32,000 nt of DNA, from NCBI RefSeq assembly GCF_043950625.1, contig NZ_CP171007.1; one strand, given 5' to 3'. Of this stretch, positions 1 to 8,502 are shown in pieces. How positions within the stretch are numbered: position 1 is the first letter of the stretch; the number at the start of each line of letters is the position of its first letter. A program made the position numbers and the translations under genes. Under the pieces are notes generated by a model, which was given only the letters and a program-made list of their open reading frames with translations, was not told where the DNA came from and did no database searches. This stretch comes from Alkanindiges sp. WGS2144 (GTDB taxonomy: Bacteria > Pseudomonadota > Gammaproteobacteria > Pseudomonadales > Moraxellaceae).

Positions 1-429
1 CGGGTCAATCGGTGCGCCGCCGCGCATAATACTTTTAATGGACAGGCTAATTTCGATATCGTCACGTTCTTTAAGCACATAACCAGTTGCCCCTGCCTGA
101 ATAGCACTTAAAATAGTGTCTTGCGTGCTCCAGGCTGAAATGACCAGTATCAGGCTACTCGGGTCAGCCTTGCGCAACGCTTCAATAAATTCTAGCCCAT
201 TGCCATCGGGCAAGCCGAAATCCACTAAAGCCAGTGCAATAGGCTGATTGGCCAGAAGATGCATGGCCTGTGCCAGTGTTTGCGCAAGGCACAGGCTGTC
301 CATTGGGTAACCCAGTTGCTGTAATACAACAACAAGACGCTGCTGCATACTCGGGTCATCTTCTAATACCAGTACCGGACTTGGCAGAGTAAAGTTGGCA
401 TCGGGCACGGATATATCCTTCAACACCAT
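1..429 (-). CDS. Response regulator, NarL/FixJ (LuxR-type) family, receiver domain; partial, with the 3-prime end beyond the left window edge
   Basis: Absent from the ORF track because there is no stop in the window. Reverse-complement reading from the ATG (complement of 427-429) stays open for all 143 codons to position 1: MVLKDISVPDANFTLPSPVLVLEDDPSMQQRL..IALALVDFGLPDGNGLEFIEALRKADPSSLILVISAWSTQDTILSAIQAGATGYVLKERD..IMRGGAPIDP. It shows the CheY-like acidic pocket (LEDD), the phospho-acceptor Asp (VDFGLPDG), the conserved Lys (GYVLK) and a NarL-type linker (RGGAPIDP). Confidence 0.8.
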   Translation of the reverse strand, partial: MVLKDISVPDANFTLPSPVLVLEDDPSMQQRLVVVLQQLGYPMDSLCLAQTLAQAMHLLANQPIALALVDFGLPDGNGLEFIEALRKADPSSLILVISAWSTQDTILSAIQAGATGYVLKERDDIEISLSIKSIMRGGAPIDP

Positions 430-606
430 AAGATTTGACCAGCTTAGAAAAAGCCATGCACTTTGCCTATCCCTGAAATTAAGGATAGAGACTTAAATAT
501 GACAAAAAAAGGATGAAAAGCCAAAAAATGCCTATTTTTGGGGGTGTCCAGAGGGTTTACTTTGTCCTTTAATTAAAAAATAACCATTTTTATACAGGAA
601 ATACTC

Positions 607-3600
607 ATGAATCACATCTTTAAAAAAATCTGGAACAAGAAACTGGGCTGTATGGTAGTGGTATCAGAAACTGCGCGTAGCACCACTAAAGCAGGCAGTG
701 GTCAAGTCGGGGCAGCCGTCAATCCACGCACCATAAGAAGTACAGTTCAACTGACATCGTATGCGGTTACTAGCCTCACTTTGGCAGTGGGTATAGCGAT
801 AGGTCAGTGCGTCTGGGCTGGAGGGGTAGATGGTGGAAGTGCAACGGGTCAGAATGCAATGGCTATAGGACCTTATAGCACGGCGAGTGGTCATTTTAGC
901 ACGGCGAGTGGTTCTGATAGCAGGGCGAGTGGTGATTTAAGCACGGCGAGTGGCGCTTTTAGCAGGGCGAGTGGTTCTGATAGCACGGCGAATGGTTATA
1001 ATAGCAGGGCGAGTGGTGATTTAAGCACGGCGAGTGGTGCTAGTAGCACGGCGAGTGGTGCTAGTAGCACGGCGAGTGGTCATTATAGCACGGCGAGTGG
1101 TGTTTCTAGCACAGCGAGTGGTGCTAGTAGCAGGGCGAGTGGTGATTTAAGCACGGCGAGTGGTGCTAGTAGCACGGCGAGTAGTGAAGGTAGTACGGCG
1201 AGTGGTGCTAATAGCGGTGCTGTGGGCGATAACAGTATTGCACAGGGTGGTGGTAATCAAATTACCATTACTGGGCAAGGTGCCGTTAATGCAGCCTATA
1301 CCGCCTTGACGGGTATAGTATATCTTGATGGATTGGGTCGTAATTATAAAATAAATAGCAGCGGCAATGCGGTGTATGAATACACCAGCTATAGCTATAC
1401 CCGTAATGCCAACTCAGCTGCTCTGGCAGCAGGTGATAAAGCCATTGCTGTTGGGCAGGGTAGTTTTGCTTCTGCTAGTAGCAGTATGGCATTGGGTGTG
1501 GGCAGTGAGGCGACTGCAAACAATAGTGTTGCACTAGGGCAAGGTAGTATTGCCAATGCAGCCAACACTGTATCGGTTGGTAAAGTGGGTGCAGAAAGAC
1601 GCATTACCAACGTGGCAATCCCTACCAATGCCACTGATGCAGCCAATAAAGGCTATGTCGATACCCAGATTGCAGCCGTTCCCACAACAAAATATTATAG
1701 TGTCAACTCAACCCAGACAGTCACAGGCAGTAATGCCAATAACGATGGTGCAACCGGTGCAGATGCACTTGCTGTAGGGGTGAGAGTGAGCGCATCGGGT
1801 AGTGCTAGCAGTGCAGTGGGTTTTAACAACAATGCATTGGGTGATGCTAGCAGTGCGCTGGGTTTTAACAATAATGCATTGGGTAATAATAGTAGCGCAG
1901 TAGGCGTTCAGAACACTACATTCGGTGAGTCGAGTAGTGCGGTAGGTAGTCTGAATAGTACCTTTGGAGAAATGAGTAGCGCTGCGGGCGTGGGTGGCAC
2001 CGCGATAGGCAACGGCAGTGCAGTCATGGGTGGTGCACTGATGGAGGCACCAATCATTGATCCTACCCAACCTCAAGCAGTTGTGAGTGGTCGAGTAATC
2101 GAAATGGACACCACGACAATGATGGGGATAGTAAAAATTGATGGTTTGGATTTTTCTGAAGATTTAACTGATCCTGCAAATCCAGTTAGATTGCTTGGCG
2201 GTAAAAACATCACTCAGGATGAGATGAATGGCGTATTCATGTCCACTCTGGCAGGCGGCGCCATTGCTATTGGTGAGCAAGCTCAAGCGATTGGCTCACG
2301 CTCCACAGCATTTGGCGACAAAGCCACAGCGATTGGTGCAGAAAGCAAAGCCTATGCGGATAACAGTGTTGCGCTGGGTGCTGGCGCAGTTGCGGATGAG
2401 GTTAATACCGTATCTGTTGGACGTACAGGTGCAGAAAAGCGCATTACTAATGTAGCAACGCCAACCAACAATACTGATGCGGCGAATAAGGGCTATGTGG
2501 ATGGTGGTTTAGCCAGCAAAGCCTCGCAAGCTGATTTTGATACGCTTGATAACCAAGTGAACGATGCAGCTAATGGGCTTGCAACCAAAGCTTCCAAGGC
2601 TGAATTAAACAATGGTTTAGCATTAAAAACCGATAAAACTGATTTCACGGCTCTAAACAGTCAGGTTAATGATGCAAGCACTGGTTTAGCAACTAAAGCC
2701 TCGCAAGCTGATTTGAGCACAACCAACGATAACTTAACCACTTTAACGGGTCGGGTTGGTATTGCCGAAAACACCATTACCACCGCACAAGGCACAGCCG
2801 ACACCGCTTTAACCACCGCACAAAAAGGCTTAAAAGTCCGCGCTAATACCAAGACTGAAGATACACTGGCACTGGGCGATACCTTAACCTTTGCTAACGG
2901 CACAAATACCAAAGTTGACTATGATGCGACCAGCAATACCTTTAAAACCAACCTGGTTAATGCCCCCGTCTTTAGCGGACAGGTACAGGCCGCTTCATTT
3001 AAAACAGGTAGTGTGGTAGTTGATGGCAGCAGCAATAAAATTAGCGGTGTAGCCGACGGTCAGGTTAGTGCAACGTCTAATGAAGTAGTGACGGGTAAAC
3101 AACTGCATACTGTGGATAGCCGTATTACTACAGAAGTTGGCGCCTTAAATAACCACATTACCACCGAAGTGGGTACAATCAATGACCGTATTGATGGCGT
3201 AGATACCCGCATTAACGGGGTTGATCGCACAGTGGCTGCTATTGATGATCGAGTCACAATTAATGAGAGTGATATTGCCAATTTACAAAGTGGTTTAGGT
3301 GGATTAAGCGGTAATGCAGTCATTTATGACAGTGCTGCTAAAGACCAGATTACTTTAGCTGGGCAGAGTGGCACCAAACTGTCTAACCTGCAAGATGCGA
3401 CCTTAAGCACCACCTCAACGGATGCTGTCACTGGCCGTCAACTACAAGCCACCAACGACACCGTAGCCACCAAGGCAGCACAGGCCGACCTAAGCACTAC
3501 CAACAGCAATTTGACCACCTTAAATAATCAGGTTAATGATGCAAGCACTGGTTTAGCAACTAAAGCCTCGCAAACTGACCTGAACACAGTCACTGGACGT

Positions 3601-5064
3601 GTAGATACCGCAGAAGCGGATATTAGCGCTTTGGATGGTCGTGTGGGCAGTAATGAAACCAAACTCACCACCCTGGATAGCCGGGTCACCACCACCACCA
3701 ATCACATGCTGACCTCTTTAGGCGGTGGTGCTGCCATCACTAATGGACAATTTGTTGCACCAAGCTACCAGATTCAAAATAAGGCTTATCGTGATGTGGG
3801 CAGTGCATTTACAGCAGTAGATCAAAGTCTGGATGGTTTAAACGACAAGGTAAGCAGCTTGTCACAGCAAGCCACCACTAACCTTGCCGATGCCAAAGAC
3901 TACACCGATCAAAAAGCAGCCAGTGCATTAAACGATGCCAAAGGCTACACCGACCAACAAACGGCAGATACCAAAGCCTATATTGACCAACAGGCAGCCA
4001 ATACCTTAAACGATGCCAAAAGCTATACCGACCAGAAAGCAGCCAATGCCCTGACGGATGCCAAAGGTTATACTGACCAAAAATCAGCCAGCACCTTAAA
4101 TGATGCCAAAGGTTACACTGATCAAAAATCAGCAGCGACTTTAGCTGACGCCAAAGGTTACACTGATCAAAAAGCAACTGACACCTTAACCGCAGCTCAA
4201 GGCTATACCGACCAACAAGTCGTTGAACTCAAAAACACCATGGATGCTAAAAATAAAATGTTGAGTATCAATGGTGCTGAAAATAATCAGGACCATGCAG
4301 CTCAGGCGACCGGTACAGGTGCCATTGCCATTGGTGATAGCGCACAGGCCAATGGTGCCTATAACACCGTGATTGGTGCAGGTGCACAAGCCACAGGTGA
4401 ATCCAATACCGTCGTGGGTAAAGGCAACAAGGTACAGGGTAACGCTTCAGGTGCCTTTGGTGACCCTAACGTGGTGAACGGCAATGCCAGCTATGCGGTA
4501 GGGAATGACAACACCATCACTGCTGACAACACTTTTGTACTGGGCAATAACGTCAACACCAGTGCCAAAAATGCAGTGGTACTAGGCAATGACTCAGCCG
4601 CTGAGCGTGACAATACCGTATCAGTTGGGGCAACTGGCAAGGAGCGTCAGGTGATCCATGTGGCTGCTGGTGTAGAAGATACCGATGCAGTCAATGTTAA
4701 GCAAATGAACAGCAGCAAGAGCGAGGCGATTCAAACCGCACAAAACTATACCGATAGCAAAATGGCGGTACTTAATGACAGCTTTAAGCAGTATCAATAC
4801 CAGAATGAACGCCGGTTCCAGAAAATTGACGAGCGTTTTGACCGTCAGGGTGCCATGACTGCGGCCATGATGAATATGGCAAACAGTACCTCAGGCTTAA
4901 GTGGCCGAAACCGTATTGGGGTGGGTGCCGGTGTGCAAGGCTCTGAGCAGGCGGTATCTGTAGGCTACCAGCGTCTGGTTAATGAAAATACCAGCATTAG
5001 CGTGGGTGGGGCATTTACCCAGGATGAAAGTTCAGGGGGCGTAGGTGTTGGATTTAGCTGGTAA
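607..5064 (+). CDS. Trimeric autotransporter adhesin (YadA/Ata-like), 1485 aa
   Basis: ESPR-type extended signal peptide MNHIFKKIWNKKLGCMVVVSE. YadA-like head repeats (SxASG heptads, then ALG/AVG-type repeats). Three head-to-neck junctions: NTVSVGKVGAERRITNVAIPTNATDAANKGYVD, NTVSVGRTGAEKRITNVATPTNNTDAANKGYVD and NTVSVGATGKERQVIHVAAGVEDTDAVNVKQMN. Long coiled-coil stalk with repeated NDASTGLATKASQADL segments. C-terminal YadA-type beta-barrel anchor ending ..GGVGVGFSW. AGGAA lies upstream of the ATG. Confidence 0.93.
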   Translation: MNHIFKKIWNKKLGCMVVVSETARSTTKAGSGQVGAAVNPRTIRSTVQLTSYAVTSLTLAVGIAIGQCVWAGGVDGGSATGQNAMAIGPYSTASGHFSTASGSDSRASGDLSTASGAFSRASGSDSTANGYNSRASGDLSTASGASSTASGASSTASGHYSTASGVSSTASGASSRASGDLSTASGASSTASSEGSTASGANSGAVGDNSIAQGGGNQITITGQGAVNAAYTALTGIVYLDGLGRNYKINSSGNAVYEYTSYSYTRNANSAALAAGDKAIAVGQGSFASASSSMALGVGSEATANNSVALGQGSIANAANTVSVGKVGAERRITNVAIPTNATDAANKGYVDTQIAAVPTTKYYSVNSTQTVTGSNANNDGATGADALAVGVRVSASGSASSAVGFNNNALGDASSALGFNNNALGNNSSAVGVQNTTFGESSSAVGSLNSTFGEMSSAAGVGGTAIGNGSAVMGGALMEAPIIDPTQPQAVVSGRVIEMDTTTMMGIVKIDGLDFSEDLTDPANPVRLLGGKNITQDEMNGVFMSTLAGGAIAIGEQAQAIGSRSTAFGDKATAIGAESKAYADNSVALGAGAVADEVNTVSVGRTGAEKRITNVATPTNNTDAANKGYVDGGLASKASQADFDTLDNQVNDAANGLATKASKAELNNGLALKTDKTDFTALNSQVNDASTGLATKASQADLSTTNDNLTTLTGRVGIAENTITTAQGTADTALTTAQKGLKVRANTKTEDTLALGDTLTFANGTNTKVDYDATSNTFKTNLVNAPVFSGQVQAASFKTGSVVVDGSSNKISGVADGQVSATSNEVVTGKQLHTVDSRITTEVGALNNHITTEVGTINDRIDGVDTRINGVDRTVAAIDDRVTINESDIANLQSGLGGLSGNAVIYDSAAKDQITLAGQSGTKLSNLQDATLSTTSTDAVTGRQLQATNDTVATKAAQADLSTTNSNLTTLNNQVNDASTGLATKASQTDLNTVTGRVDTAEADISALDGRVGSNETKLTTLDSRVTTTTNHMLTSLGGGAAITNGQFVAPSYQIQNKAYRDVGSAFTAVDQSLDGLNDKVSSLSQQATTNLADAKDYTDQKAASALNDAKGYTDQQTADTKAYIDQQAANTLNDAKSYTDQKAANALTDAKGYTDQKSASTLNDAKGYTDQKSAATLADAKGYTDQKATDTLTAAQGYTDQQVVELKNTMDAKNKMLSINGAENNQDHAAQATGTGAIAIGDSAQANGAYNTVIGAGAQATGESNTVVGKGNKVQGNASGAFGDPNVVNGNASYAVGNDNTITADNTFVLGNNVNTSAKNAVVLGNDSAAERDNTVSVGATGKERQVIHVAAGVEDTDAVNVKQMNSSKSEAIQTAQNYTDSKMAVLNDSFKQYQYQNERRFQKIDERFDRQGAMTAAMMNMANSTSGLSGRNRIGVGAGVQGSEQAVSVGYQRLVNENTSISVGGAFTQDESSGGVGVGFSW
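877..1212 (+). repeat. In-frame 21-bp tandem repeat array (about 16 units) encoding S(T/R)ASGxx heptads in the adhesin head
   Basis: Unit consensus agcacggcgagtggtgctagt. Two perfect adjacent copies at 1024-1065, further perfect or near-perfect copies throughout, and the last unit agtacggcgagtggtgctaat ending at 1212. 336 bp = 16 x 21. Confidence 0.9.
3889..4224 (+). repeat. In-frame 42-bp tandem repeat array (about 8 units) encoding DAKGYTDQKxAxxL 14-mers in the adhesin stalk
   Basis: The protein reads DAKDYTDQKAASALN DAKGYTDQQTADTKAYIDQQAANTLN DAKSYTDQKAANALT DAKGYTDQKSASTLN DAKGYTDQKSAATLA DAKGYTDQKATDTLT AAQGYTDQQ. The DNA unit gatgccaaaggttacactgatcaaaaa recurs. Array boundaries are approximate. 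Confidence 0.85.
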
Positions 5065-5097
5065 TACTATTGGCTAGATCAGATTAAGCAAGCCATG

Positions 5098-5124
5098 GGG
5101 CATCTTTAATAGATGCCCTTTTTT
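5098..5124 (+). terminator. Rho-independent terminator of the adhesin gene
   Basis: Stem gggcatct (5098-5105), loop ttaat, stem agatgccc (5111-5118), then T6 (5119-5124). Lies 34 nt after the TAA stop. Confidence 0.8.
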
Positions 5125-5169
5125 ATTGTGCTTAATATATAAAATTATGAAAGGTTAATTCAGAAAGGC

Positions 5170-6066
5170 TTAGTGAACCAGAGGAGTAATAATCTGTGCC
5201 AGTTGTTCAAATTCAGCCTGTAACGGGGTACTTTTACGGGTAAGCAGGGCTAAAGTACGCATCGGCGCTTGATCAATAGATTTGACCTTAAGCTGGTTTT
5301 GTCCCTTTAAAATGCCTGAGTTTAGGGCAATGGCAGGTAGCAGGGTAAAGCCCAGTTGCGCCTGTACCATTTGAATCAGCGTAGGCAGGCTACTGGCTGA
5401 TAAACTGTTTTGCTGTTTTAGGTCGCTAATGGAGCAGGCACTTAAAGTATGTTCACGCAAGCAGTGGCCTTCTTCCAGTAACAGCAAGCGGGTTAAATCC
5501 AGCTCAGTCATGCTATTTGCGTTGGCAGTGGTAGTGTCTAGCTCATGGTAAACCAGGCATAGTGGTTCGTCACGCAACTCCTGTACCATCAGGTTATGGG
5601 TATCAAAAGGCAGTGCCAACAATACAATATCCAGAGTTCCATGCTCCAGACGTTCAATGGCCTGTTCACTTTGCACTTCATGCAAAAACAGCTGTAGCTT
5701 GGGCATTTGCTGTTGCACTGCTTTTAGCAGGGGAGCCAGCACAAACGGCGCGATGGTTGGAATCACACCCAAATGCAGCTCGCCAGTAAACGGCTCACTC
5801 ATCTCACGGCTTAGACGCATTAAGTCCTGTGCTTCGGCCAGCAGAAAACGTGCCCGGCGAACCACTTCTTCGCCAAGAGGTGTTAAGCGTACATTTTGCC
5901 GGTCACGTTCAACCAGTACGCCACCGAGTAAGCGCTCCAGTTCCATAATACCGCCGGACAGCGTGGATTGAGTCACAAAGGAGCGTCGTGCTGCCTCGGT
6001 AAAATGCAGGGTTTCTGATAAAGTAACCAGATAGGAAAGCTGCCGCAGGGAAGGAAGAGCTGCCAT
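5170..6066 (-). CDS. oxyR: LysR-family hydrogen-peroxide-sensing transcriptional regulator OxyR
   Basis: 298 aa. The N-terminal wHTH LRQLSYLVTLSETLHFTEAARRSFVTQSTLSGGIMELE aligns with E. coli OxyR. The redox-Cys region LLLLEEGHCLREHTLSAC matches E. coli LMLEDGHCLRDQAMGFC (C199/C208). Position downstream of estB matches A. baylyi ADP1. Confidence 0.9.
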   Translation of the reverse strand: MAALPSLRQLSYLVTLSETLHFTEAARRSFVTQSTLSGGIMELERLLGGVLVERDRQNVRLTPLGEEVVRRARFLLAEAQDLMRLSREMSEPFTGELHLGVIPTIAPFVLAPLLKAVQQQMPKLQLFLHEVQSEQAIERLEHGTLDIVLLALPFDTHNLMVQELRDEPLCLVYHELDTTTANANSMTELDLTRLLLLEEGHCLREHTLSACSISDLKQQNSLSASSLPTLIQMVQAQLGFTLLPAIALNSGILKGQNQLKVKSIDQAPMRTLALLTRKSTPLQAEFEQLAQIITPLVH

Positions 6067-6069
6067 GAT

Positions 6070-7017
6070 TTATTTCACATGTGCCTGAATATGCTGGTCA
6101 AACAGCTGTAACAGCTGAGGAACGAAGTATTTGGGAATATCATGCCCCATACCATCCACTAATTCAAACCGGGCGTTTTTAATGGCTCTGGCAACCGCGC
6201 GACCATGGGAAGGTGGCAGTAGGCGGTCTGCACTGCCATGTACTACCAGAGTAGGTTGCTTAATGCTGTGATCCAGTTTTGCCAGTGAACCTGTCCCTAA
6301 AATCGCTAAAAACTGTTGTACTACACCGGCTGGATGAAAACTGCGACGGTACAGTTTGCGGGCAAATTCCTGGGCTTCCTCAATATCCAGATGTCCGGGT
6401 GAGCCAATGGTGCTAAACAGTTTTACTGAATGCGCGACCATGCCATCTTCAGTGGTGGATTTGGGGCGACCCATCAGGCTCAAAAACTGTTTGGGAAATG
6501 GTGGTGGTAAAAAAGCCCGGTTATTGCTGGTAAATAATAAATTAAGGGTCTGTACTTTTTCTGGATATGTGGCAGCCAGAATCTGGGCAATCATGCCACC
6601 CATGGAAGCGCCAATGACATGCGCTTTTTCAATATGCAGGGCATCCATTAAACGACTGGTGTCTTCGGCCATATCATACAGGGTGTAAGGTGTGCTTTTG
6701 TTGGGTAGCCCCAGAGCAAAACGCCCCATCAGTTTAAGCTGATTTAAACGGGGGCCTTTATGACGAATTTTACTGGATAGGCCAATATCGCGGTTATCAA
6801 AACGAACCACCCGGTAACCCTGCTTAATCAAGGCTTCACAAAAATAATCCGGCCAGATCAGCATCTGGGCACCCAAACCCATAATCAGCAAAATTGTCTG
6901 TGTATTTTCCATGCCACCAATTTCTACATGTAGCTGGATACCATTACCAATATCAACCTTGCTTTCCTGCATCAGTTCGCAGTATTGAGATGGTTTTAAA
7001 TTGCTGATTGTATTCAT
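6070..7017 (-). CDS. estB: Alpha/beta-fold hydrolase (EstB-like carboxylesterase)
   Basis: 315 aa. Nucleophile elbow GASMGG, oxyanion region LLIMGLG, C-terminal GMGHD (catalytic His). Its stop lies 3 nt before the oxyR start, implying co-transcription. The rubAB-estB-oxyR gene order matches ADP1. Confidence 0.8.
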   Translation of the reverse strand: MNTISNLKPSQYCELMQESKVDIGNGIQLHVEIGGMENTQTILLIMGLGAQMLIWPDYFCEALIKQGYRVVRFDNRDIGLSSKIRHKGPRLNQLKLMGRFALGLPNKSTPYTLYDMAEDTSRLMDALHIEKAHVIGASMGGMIAQILAATYPEKVQTLNLLFTSNNRAFLPPPFPKQFLSLMGRPKSTTEDGMVAHSVKLFSTIGSPGHLDIEEAQEFARKLYRRSFHPAGVVQQFLAILGTGSLAKLDHSIKQPTLVVHGSADRLLPPSHGRAVARAIKNARFELVDGMGHDIPKYFVPQLLQLFDQHIQAHVK

Positions 7018-7076
7018 TGAGTTAACCTACTCTTCCAGTTTTAATGACAATTTAGATTGTCAGTTTTTGCCATGAT

Positions 7077-7113
7077 AAATCATTTTTCTATTTTTAGCAT
7101 AGTTTATGTCAGT
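7077..7113. promoter_or_regulatory. Candidate OxyR-type operator upstream of estB-oxyR
   Basis: Perfect central CTAT(7088-7091)-N7-ATAG(7099-7102) core of the ATAG-N7-CTAT-N7-ATAG-N7-CTAT OxyR motif. The flanking tetramers are degenerate (AAAT and CAGT). Lies 60-95 bp upstream of the estB ATG. Confidence 0.3.
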
Positions 7114-7166
7114 AAAATAATCGAAAGCTTTCCTGAGCAGTAATTTACTGAGTATGAAAATGACCA

Positions 7167-7205
7167 GCAAAAAAATGCTGGCTCGTTTTAAACTAAGCCA
7201 GCATT
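7167..7205 (-). terminator. Rho-independent terminator downstream of rubB
   Basis: On the minus strand: aatgctggc (complement of 7197-7205), a 14-nt loop, gccagcatt (complement of 7174-7182), running into a T7 tract (plus-strand A-run 7169-7175). 9-bp perfect stem. Confidence 0.75.
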
Positions 7206-7270
7206 CGTGTTTGGAAAAGCCGGTTTTGCTTATACCCTAAGCCTGTACCATTTTCCCGTTCAGATAAAGC

Positions 7271-8452
7271 TTAGGCACTTGCAGGCGGCAGCAGGTCAGG
7301 AACTAATTTGGTTAAAGCCATGCGCTGCTTGCCAGCAGTTGCACCCAGCAGCACAAAGCCGCGTAAAGTGCCTTCAGAATCCATTGCTTTGGCCAGCATG
7401 CCATCTTCAAACGTTTCAGTTTGCCATTCAACGAATACATCAACCGGTGCTGGCAGTACCGTTAATGGTGCAGCAGGGGTTTTGACTGCCACAGGCATGG
7501 CCGGGTAGTGTACCGGTGTATCCGTACCGGCTAGTGTTTTGGCCAAAGCGCGGGCTTGCTGCATGATCGGCATCACAAAAGGCAGTAAATGCCCGGTAAC
7601 TTCAGCGCAATCACCAATGGCATAAATATCCGGCTGGCTGGATTGCAGCAAGGCATCAACTGTAATGCCACGGCTGGTCTGGATACTGGCAGCTTGTGCC
7701 AGCTCAAGGTTTGGATGCAGGCCAATGGCAGACAGCACAATATCAGCGCTTAGCGTTTCACCATTGGTCAGCCGTACCTGATATTCACCATCAATACAAT
7801 CCAGACGCTCCACTGTCGTATTTAAGGCAAACTTAACCCCAATAGCCTCTAAGCCGACCTGAAACGCTTTGGCTGTATCGCTAGGAAGCAAACGTCCCAA
7901 TGGCTGCGATGCAATATCCACCACGGTCACTTCGTGGCCTGTTGCGGTGAGGTCATTGGCAAATTCGCAGCCAATCAGGCCCGCTCCCAGTAGCAATACC
8001 CGCTTGTTATTACAGACTGATAAGTTTTCCCGGAAGGCACGGTAATCGGCCAGACTATTTACCACATGAATATTGCCAGCGGCATTGCCCTCAATAGGCA
8101 GGCGAATGGGGTTAGCGCCTACTGCCAGAACAAGTTTGCTGTAAGGTTGAGTGGTCTGGTCGCCATTTTCCTGTTGCAGTGTTAACAGATGACCAGCACA
8201 GTCGATATGGCTAACCGTTGTATGGGTTAAAATATTCATGTTGAGCTGGCTGCTCATTTTGGCCGCATCGCCAAGTCCAATCTGGTCGGGATGCTTGTTG
8301 CCAGCTAGCGCATTGGACAAGGTGGGTTTGGCATAATTCACCGCATCATCGGCACTAATCATGACTACAGGGGTTGTGCTGTCTAATTTGCGAAACTCAC
8401 GCGCCAGTGTATAACCGGCCATTCCAGAGCCAACGATGACTAAGGGGTTCAT
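7271..8452 (-). CDS. rubB: Rubredoxin-NAD(+) reductase
   Basis: 393 aa. N-terminal FAD Rossmann motif VIVGSGMAGY and a second NAD motif LLLGAGLIGCEFA. Pyridine-nucleotide-disulfide oxidoreductase family, immediately downstream of rubredoxin. GGAGA Shine-Dalgarno before the ATG. Confidence 0.9.
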   Translation of the reverse strand: MNPLVIVGSGMAGYTLAREFRKLDSTTPVVMISADDAVNYAKPTLSNALAGNKHPDQIGLGDAAKMSSQLNMNILTHTTVSHIDCAGHLLTLQQENGDQTTQPYSKLVLAVGANPIRLPIEGNAAGNIHVVNSLADYRAFRENLSVCNNKRVLLLGAGLIGCEFANDLTATGHEVTVVDIASQPLGRLLPSDTAKAFQVGLEAIGVKFALNTTVERLDCIDGEYQVRLTNGETLSADIVLSAIGLHPNLELAQAASIQTSRGITVDALLQSSQPDIYAIGDCAEVTGHLLPFVMPIMQQARALAKTLAGTDTPVHYPAMPVAVKTPAAPLTVLPAPVDVFVEWQTETFEDGMLAKAMDSEGTLRGFVLLGATAGKQRMALTKLVPDLLPPASA

Positions 8453-8502
8453 CTGCCATTCTCCAATGATTTAATAATGTGCTGCTATTGCTATGCGGAG
8501 CG

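Noticed and set aside
877-1212. Regular short tandem repeats that might be mistaken for a CRISPR array or minisatellite.
   Set aside because: The units are contiguous with no unique spacers, have a 21-bp period, and are in frame within a coding sequence. No cas genes are present.
664-4389. Numerous 60-120 aa ORFs antisense or out of frame within the adhesin gene (for example 664-894, 1395-1646, 1708-2076, 2661-2912, 3060-3323, 3878-4177, 4186-4389).
   Set aside because: All lie inside a single uninterrupted 1485-aa ORF with clear adhesin domain logic. Their low-complexity, Cys/Leu/His-rich translations are the expected by-product of repetitive GC-biased codons, and none has a Shine-Dalgarno.
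5562-5971. Plus-strand ORFs (75 and 104 aa) antisense to oxyR, and similar antisense ORFs inside estB, rubB, rlmM, the permease, Fe-ADH, rpoD, trhO and yfiN.
   Set aside because: They are fully embedded in well-supported genes. They show no recognisable motifs and atypical Arg/Ser/Cys-rich composition.
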